Part shown: piece by piece, positions 33,960 to 41,475 of the stretch
Layout: the number at the start of each line of letters is the position of its first letter
Numbering within the stretch: the first letter of the stretch is position 1
From: Octopus bimaculoides
Lineage: Eukaryota
Direction of reading: 5' to 3'
DNA length: 41,475 nucleotides
Assembly: GCF_001194135.2 (NCBI RefSeq)
Contig: NC_068987.1
Location: 41,579,486 to 41,620,960 of the forward strand
Position numbers and translations under genes: made by a program
The notes under the pieces: model-generated
What the model saw: the letters and a program-made list of their open reading frames with translations, nothing else
What the model was told of the DNA's origin: nothing
Databases searched by the model: none

Positions 33960-34964
33960 GTGTCATAGACTATGTATACTATCCTTCTTCTAATGTATAC
34001 CAAGTATACTTTTATATTTTATCATTCCATTATATGTAAATCCCCACACTTTGTCTTTGTATTGTCCCCCTCATCATTCGCCCTAGTAGCAAATGAAAGA
34101 GATCATTGTTATTATTCTTACTACTATAAGGGGTGTAATGAATTTTCCCATGGTATCCCGTCTTAGCTACAGCTGTGTTATTATAGGGTGTGTGTTTGTT
34201 GAATATATTCTCATTGGTGGATAATCTAGACATTCTGGCCAAGATGTTCTTAACTAGTCCCCTAATTATTGATGGTGAATGATTAGATCCTACATTTATG
34301 TATGTTAGGCTCTCATTATGTCTATGAAACGGTTTGTGTAGACCTATATCGAAAGTAGCATCTAAAAAATTTACTTTACAGTATTCACTATTTATGGTGA
34401 TAGAGAGTCCAAATTTTTTTAAAAACTTAAATTAAGATTTCTTGTATTTTTCTTGCTGTACTTTATTGCATTTATATATGAAGAATAATGCGTTGTCCCT
34501 GTATAGACCACCAACCATACCTGGAATATATAACTGTATCTGGGATAGGATGTAGATTCCCACAAGGTCTGTTACTTCTGCAGAATCTGATGATCCCATA
34601 GCTATATCAAATGCATTTGGAGTATCGGACTGGTTCCATAGTTATTTTGTGATTTGAATTCACATTGAAATGTTTTATGTAATACAACTCATTTTGTTGA
34701 TTAACTTTTTTCTCAAAGAAGTAAGCTTTCCATCACATTCTGCGAATGAATTGGCTTGTCTTCTCAAGAAGTGATCTCCTGTATTCCTTTCTACCTGGTG
34801 TAGGTTTCTCTGAGTGAGACGTATAATACCATTTTTTCCATCTTATAATGATCTTATCGGTGGCCAGCATGTAATAAAAACCATACAGATATATAAGTAT
34901 ATGATTATAATTAAGGGTACTGAGAAAGCAGCACCTACACACTAGAAATAGACATCAAATGACT
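33960..34964 (-). mobile_element. Penelope-like element (Hydra-clade-like), internally deleted
   Basis: N-terminus EYRRSLLEKTSQFIRRM*WKAYFF, RT AMGSSDSAEVTDLVGIYIL..GLYRDN..FGLSIT..VNFLDATF, thumb SNHSPSII..RMSRLSTNENIFNK..GY. Confidence 0.75.
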
Positions 34965-35141
34965 CTCAAACCACATAATTTTTTTCACTCCATTAGCACA
35001 GGTTGAAAGTGAGGTAAATGAATAAAAAACGATTTGGCAAAATGTTTTTCAGGTTAATTCTGGATTGAACGATTTCTGTTTTAAAAATATAAAAATTACT
35101 TTACCTTTGCCAGTAGAACGTACCAAAATATACATACATGC

Positions 35142-35190
<49 letters not shown>

Positions 35191-35390
35191 CATACAAATA
35201 CATGCTTATATGCACAAATACATACATATATTCACATGTATATACAAGGCAGCTCCTATTATTCATCTCAACTACATGCATATTTGATCAAAATAATATG
35301 GAGTGAAAAAATGTTGGGCTTTTAAAGTCATTTGACGTCTATTTCTAGCATGTAGGTGCTGCTTTCTCAGTATCCTTAATTATAATTATA
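34900..35390. repeat. Inverted repeat, ~90-bp arms (34900-34992 / 35299-35390) around a (TA)n-containing spacer
   Basis: taattaagggtactgagaaagcagcacctacacactagaaatagacatcaaatgact versus agtcatttgacgtctatttctagcatgtaggtgctgctttctcagtatccttaatta. Confidence 0.85.
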
Positions 35391-35500
35391 TCTATATAAT
35401 TATATAGCTGTATATATAATATATATTGTATTTATATATATGCATATTTGTATACTATATATATATATATATGTATATTTATGTATTATATATGATATTT

Positions 35501-38500
35501 ATCATCATCGTCATGCTGGCATGGGTGGGATGGTTTGACAATAGCTGTTTTGACAGGACTTTTACAGCTGGATGCCTTTCCTAACAGCAACCACTCAGCT
35601 GCGTGGACTTAGTGCTTTTTATGTGGCGCAGGCAAGGTCAGTTTTTACAACTACATGCCCTTCCAAATGCCAACCACTTTACAGTGTGGATTGGCTACTT
35701 TTACATGGCACCTGTACTGACAGGGTCACCAAGTACTTTGCAAGACAAAAAAAAAAGCTCTTTTGAGAGAGAAGGGAGCATTGGAGGAGGTGATCTTGTG
35801 TCGGATGATGAAAGGTTATAGTGTGGTAGAGAGACAGAAACAGGTGTCTTGCTGTAGAGGAGGTACAAGGTTACTTGGCCGGAGGGAGAGTGAGACAGAG
35901 ATCAGGAATGAAGACAGAAACAAGTACACTGCCACAAAGGAAATACATGGTTACCCAACCTGAGGGAAGTGCAGGAGAAGGAGAGAGAGAGTGGGAGACA
36001 GCTGGATAGAGATGGTAGCAAACTGCCGGGCATACGCACTGATACAGTCAGACTGGGCATGGGTGTAACACACAGGTCGAAGCTAGCGGAGAGCAATGAT
36101 ACAGTGGTACAGGGCCAAGAAGACAGGATTGGAGAGTGGGAGGTAAGCCTAGTGCATAAAGTAGAAATGGAGAATACTATCTTCATTTCTCTCCAGTCCA
36201 TGCATGTCTTCTGCATTCAGAGCTCATGTCTCACTACCATGGAGTATAGCCGTCCACACACAAGCATCATATGGTCTACCTTTCACTCTGAGAGAGAGTC
36301 TTTTTGTTGCTAACAGAGGTAATAGCTCTCTGAACTTCCCCCACCCAATTCTTATTCTAGAAACAATACTTTCAGAACATCCTCCACCATTGCTAGTTTG
36401 GTTACCTAGCTAACAGAAGCTATCTACAACCTCAAGAGAGCCTCCTGGGCATTTGAGAGAATTTAAGTCCTGTGCGCTCTTAGTGCTTATTGTTCCTGCC
36501 CATCTGCCACATACAAAGACAACTTTATCTGTTAATCAACCTGTGATTCCACTGCACCTCTTATGTGTCTATAGTTTACTCTGGGTGCAGTGAATGGAAT
36601 TTCTTCCAACTCCTTTCCCACATACTGAACAGGGCTATTTACCTGACAGAAAGAGAGTTTTATCTTCTTTCTTACTAACAACAATTTTGGTCTTAGCCAG
36701 GTTAACATTAAGGCCCTTTGATTCCAGGTTTTGTTTCCATACCTGGAATTTCATCTCCAATTCTGCTAAGGATTCTGCAATAAGAACAAGGTCATCAGCA
36801 TATAGCAGTTCCCACAGGCACCCAGTTTTGAATTCCTCTGTTATGGCCTGGAGGATTATAATGAATAAGAGTGGGCTGAGAACTGAGCCCTGGTGAACCC
36901 CTACTTGTATGCTAAATACATTACTGTATTCATAGCCGATTCTTGCCTTACTGACAGCACCACTGTACATGGTTTGTACAGCTCTAACAAGCTACTCCTA
37001 CTCTTAACTTCCTTAGAGACCACCATATAACAGAACAGGGAACTCTGTTAAAAGCTTTCTCCACGTCAACGAAGGCTAAGTACAATGGCTTACTTTTGGC
37101 CAAGTACTTTCTCTGCAGCTGTCTCACTAAGAAGATGGCATCTGTGGTACTCTTCCCAGGTACAAAACCAAACTGCATCTCATCTAGTTTAATTCTATTT
37201 CTAATCAATTGAGCTATAACCCTCTCAGTAACTTTCATGACTTGGCCTAGCAATTTAATGTCTCTGTAGTTGTTTCTATCTAAGGCATCACCTTTACCTT
37301 TGTAGCAGCTAACTATGATACTACTACACTAGTCATTGGGGATGGTGACCTCCTAATTAACTATACAGGTGATGGAGCTGTATCCTACACCAACAGAGAT
37401 TTTAATCATCTCAGCAGTGATTCCTGATGGCCTAGGGGCTTTCCCTGTCTTCATGTCCTTAATTGCCTTATCTATTATGCTGCTATCAACTCTAATGGCT
37501 GATCCCTAAATTGGTTCGATATTTGGTACACTCTCCTCCCATTCCACATTTAGTAACCTTTCATAGTGACACTTTCATGCATCTTTCTTCTTTGAGTTAC
37601 TAAGTGCAAGAATACTATTATCCATTTGTGCACATTTCTCATCTACCACATTTTTATTCTCTCTGATACACTACGTTGCAATCCTCAACACCTCATGCCT
37701 CTGATTCTCATACTGTAGAACATTTGCAAATATCTTACCTTCAGCTACCCCTTTTGCTATGTAAACCTGATGCCTAACAGCCCTTTTGGCTACCTTATAT
37801 AATTGTCTGCTTCCACCATTTTCTCAGTCTTTTCAGGCCTGTCTTTTTGCTTTTATAGAACTGTCAACCTCCGTGTTCCACCACCATATCACCCTTGGTC
37901 TAGCTGGGACTCTGCACCAACCACAGATTTCGTCTGCAGGAAGTTCTACTTGTCCTCTAAGCTATATGTCACCAACTCTTCCTCTCTTCCATTAGTAAAT
38001 CTCTAAATTTTTGTCTGTTTGGTGGGTCTTTGAACTTACATAGTCTTCTTTTCCAGATTGGTTGAGTCTTTCTAGCTCTAATTCTGAAGTCACTAACTAG
38101 TAACCTATGCTGGGTTGTTCACTCTTCACCTGGGAAAGACTTTGCATTTTTAAGCATCTATTTATCTCGTGGTGAGGAGGTAGTCAATCTGGCTTATGTG
38201 CTCACCAGATTGATAAGTGATTAGGTGGATGGCTGGTTTTTTTAAGTTAGTGTTGCAGATCACAAGATTATTTGTGTTACAGAACTTCAGCAGTTTTGTT
38301 CCCTCCTCATTTCTTGGTCCAAAGCTATAGCCACCATGCACTCCTTGGAATCCATGGGGATGCTGTCCAACATGTCCATTGAAGTCACCAGTCACAATAA
38401 CAAAGTCTCTGTCATTTGTCGTTGAGGTGGTCTGCAAAAGACCTCATAGAATTGGTCCTTCTGCTCATCAGTCAGCCCAGACTGAGGAGCATAGGTTGAG

Positions 38501-39040
38501 ATAAATGTAACTGTTAATTTACCTATGATAAGTCTCATCTTAATTACCCTGTCACATACTCTGACTACCTCAATTACCTTATCTACCCACTTTTCTGCTA
38601 ACAGTATGCCTACACCACCTACTCTATCCTTCCTGCCAAATTAGAACTATTTGAATCTTTGTCTCTTACACATGAGGAATCTAACTGATGCTCCCTTCCA
38701 TCTTACTTCTTGCACACCACACACATCAAATGGCATCACTCCAACATTTCAATCCTCTCTCCACTCCTTCCTTTCAATGTGCCGACATTGATGGTAGTGG
38801 CTCTGAGATTGAGTGCTTGGGAATGATGGTGGCAAGGTAGTTGTGGAAATTTTGTCAACACCTGATATGAAGATCTCCAAAAGCGCTTGCCAGCTAATAT
38901 AAAGCTTTGGTGCATAGTCTATTCAGTGAATTACAATGAATCACAGTTTTCCCTCCACCTCATCCAACAACTAGAGCAAAAGCCAACAAGTGGGTATGAG
39001 AATAGAGTGGTTACATAGGACAGTTTAAGTATTGTATGCC
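35501..39040 (-). mobile_element. RTE-clade LINE copy 3, near full length and decayed
   Basis: From the 5' UTR through the complete APE domain (TINVGTL, VQEVRW, TYAPQ, GDFNGHVG, QIDY), RT (FVDVEKAF, HQGSVLSP, LYADDL) and PHD-type insert, to a GA-rich 3' region and an (ATC)n tail at 35501. Confidence 0.92.
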
Positions 39041-39048
39041 TAAATATA

Positions 39049-39093
<45 letters not shown>

Positions 39094-39139
39094 ATTAATA
39101 ATTAAAGGTACTAGCAAGCAGTACCAGCATGCTGGCATA

Positions 39140-39520
39140 GCAGTCAAACTGACCAAACCACAAGTTAAACTTGATATTCTATCTAGATCCTTTCCATATG
39201 ATAAAAGTAAATCTTTTTGTCTGCTCTGTAACGAAGAATAGTATCTCATTCTGTTCTCAGAGAATTCTTTTGTAAACACGTTTAAAGAATGTGTTTATCA
39301 TTGTAAATGTTGACAAAAACATACCTTTAGTTCCTATAAGTAATTTCTACCAATCTGTAAAATTCGACTTTTATCTGTTTTCTTACATTTCATTTCCACT
39401 ACATATATCTATTTACACACCTTTAAGCTTTATTTCCACTCTAATTTTCTGTTACTTTCTTTCTTTCTCCTCCTCTTTCTCTAAATTGCCTTTCCCTTCA
39501 TCATGTATATATGCGGTAAT
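39140..39520 (+). mobile_element. Penelope-like endonuclease C-terminal tail fragment
   Basis: ILSRSFPYDKSKSFCLLCNEE..VNTFKECVYHCKC. Homologous to 19090-19400. Confidence 0.65.
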
Positions 39521-40103
39521 CACATACGGTTAAAATGGCTTATTGATATGTTTTGTTTCTCTTTTTTTCCCTGATGAGATGATTGCATTGTTTTACATAA
39601 TTTTATTCCCTCAGGAATAATACCAATGTTTTCTTGGAAACATGTTGGAAGTATAAAGATCTGAATAATAGCTGCATTCAATCACTGTAGTGGTTGAACA
39701 TATTCTTCAGTTCTCAACTAAATTGCAAAAGGTTAACAGTTTTAAAGAGAACACCTCCTCAGCTACACTTTGGCATAAATAGTTTGAGATTTGGTTCAGT
39801 AGAAAAAAAGTTACATCAAAATATTTGAAGTCTAAAGGTGGGCAGTAAGACACCTATTCATCTTCAATTAACATAAACTTTTTTATTTTAAAATAAAAGT
39901 ATACTTTTCTTAGACTTAAATGATAGAAAAATGCATGAGGAATTCAGAATTGTTAGTCACATTGAACAAAAATTAGTAGGAAAAAAGTCATGAGGTAAAA
40001 TGTCATGAAATTTACTGTCGGTAAGTGAGGAAGTAAGAAGTAACACCTCGAGCAATAATGCTAAGATAAGAGTATATTTCTAAAATGAATGTTTACATTC
40101 TAA

Positions 40104-40642
40104 TGTGGCGAGTTGGCAGAAACGTTAGTGCACCAAGCAAAATGCTTAGTGGTCTTGATGAACTAGCCTGATTAAATAATTAACTGAAAAGAAAAGGAAA
40201 GCAACTAAAAAGGAAAAGCAAAAAAAGCAGAAAACAAGTTAATTAAAGTTGAAAGAGAAAATTAATAATAACAGTTAAACTTACACTAATTCAATAGCAT
40301 ATTAAAAATAAGTTTACTAAATACTTAATTGAAAAAATAAAATATATGAAATGTGGCAAATTGGCAGAAACGTTAGTGCACCAGGCGAAATGCTTAGTGG
40401 TCTTTCGTATGTCTTTTCGTTGAGTTCAAATTCTACCGAGGTTGACTTTACCTATCGTATATTTTTAATTAAGTACTTAGTAAACTTATTTTTAATATGC
40501 TGTTGAATTAGCGAAAGTTTAACTGTTATTATTAATTTTTTCTTTCAGCTTTAATTAACTTGCTTTCTGCTTTTTATGCTTTTCCTTTTAAGTTGCTTTC
40601 CTTTTCTTTTTAGTTAATTATTTAATCAGGCTAGTTCATCAA
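40104..40642. repeat. Fold-back structure: ~185-bp inverted arms (40155-40338 / ~40460-40642) with duplicated SINE family 2 heads (40104-40154, 40352-40455)
   Basis: ttgatgaactagcctgattaaa.. versus ..tttaatcaggctagttcatcaa. The head tgtggc..ggcagaaacgttagtgcacca..aaatgcttagtggtc occurs twice. Confidence 0.88.
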
Positions 40643-41154
40643 TGTGTTATATGCTTCAGATATGTGCATCTAAATTTATTAGGGCAGGAATATAGTCATT
40701 TCTTGCTGTGTCTCTTTGGGCAGACCTGAAAGCATGTAGTAAGGCTGTCCAGAAAAGGCACTGGTTAAAAGTGCTTATATTCCAAATTTACTTTTTAAAT
40801 TTCAAAATTAATTAAAAAGGATTTTTCATAAATCAAATTTATATTAATGGGATTTAGGTAATTTCAACTTGTGTGTATCTGATATGCTTTTATAATTACT
40901 GTTGTATTGAATAATTATTGATAGATCTACATTAGCAGCAGTCAGTACTATTATCACCAACTCAAAATCTAGGTTACTTAAGGTGAGCCTGGTAACTGAT
41001 GGTTTTGGAGTCTTGTTGTTTGTAACTTTTGGTGAGCCATGGTGCAATCAACAACATGGTAAAATGCCCTGCCATTAATTTGGTGTGGATGAATAATATC
41101 AAATAATTCAACCACAACGTTTATTAAGTATGAAAAAAATTGAAATATTTTCAT

Positions 41155-41475
41155 CACTTACATGGAAAAATTGAAATATTATCTTTCAGTATTTTATAAG
41201 GTAAAATCTTAAATTATTAATTGACACATTATTAATTATCTTATAACAGCAATGCCTGGAAAAATCATGGATTACATGGAAAAATGTGAGCATGAAAAGT
41301 AATATTCTTAAGATTATAAACCTGGAAAAGTACAGGACAAGTTATTACACCTGGAAAAGTATAGGACAAGCTATTACTTCCAGTAAAGTAAAGAATAAGA
41401 AACTTTTTACTTAAAATATTGCAGCTAAAATTAAAATTTGAATATTAAAATTTATTTTATTATAGTTTACAAATA
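41155..41475. repeat. Arm of the same fold-back repeat family as bases 1-245, with repeated c[ac]tggaaaa motifs
   Basis: Motifs at about 41161, 41255, 41275, 41321 and 41350. tattgcagctaaaattaaaatt at 41417-41438. Confidence 0.55.

Noticed and set aside
39640-41100. Possible host exons in the apparently unique sequence
   Set aside because: Hand translation gave stops in the frames tried. The 67-aa ORF at 40844-41047 has no recognisable motif. Small exons cannot be excluded without RNA-seq.

Overview
AT-rich eukaryotic DNA with four assembly gaps, made up almost entirely of nested, decayed transposable elements. I could not support any intact host exon, rRNA, tRNA gene or CRISPR array. The SINE families and the RTE LINE with (GAT)n tails resemble repeats I recognise from octopus genomes (inference, not a database result). 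Contents: three large RTE LINE copies plus two 3' fragments; one complete but decayed Gypsy LTR element; a CR1-type and an L1/Tx1-type LINE fragment; about six Penelope-like (GIY-YIG/RT) fragments with a candidate hammerhead ribozyme; three Helitron-type elements with TC/CTAG ends; two Tc1/mariner remnants; two tRNA-derived SINE families; a 29-bp minisatellite; several fold-back inverted repeats. Most interesting observations: (1) a C4HC3 PHD-type zinc finger embedded inside the RT domain of all three RTE copies; (2) tandem hairpin/pseudoknot modules in the RTE 3' UTR; (3) a 3' tail shared by the CR1 LINE and one SINE family; (4) inverted PLE RT/endonuclease junctions and several templated fold-back rearrangements. 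All homology calls come from hand translation and motif recognition, and coordinates are approximate to about 10-30 bp unless a terminus is quoted.
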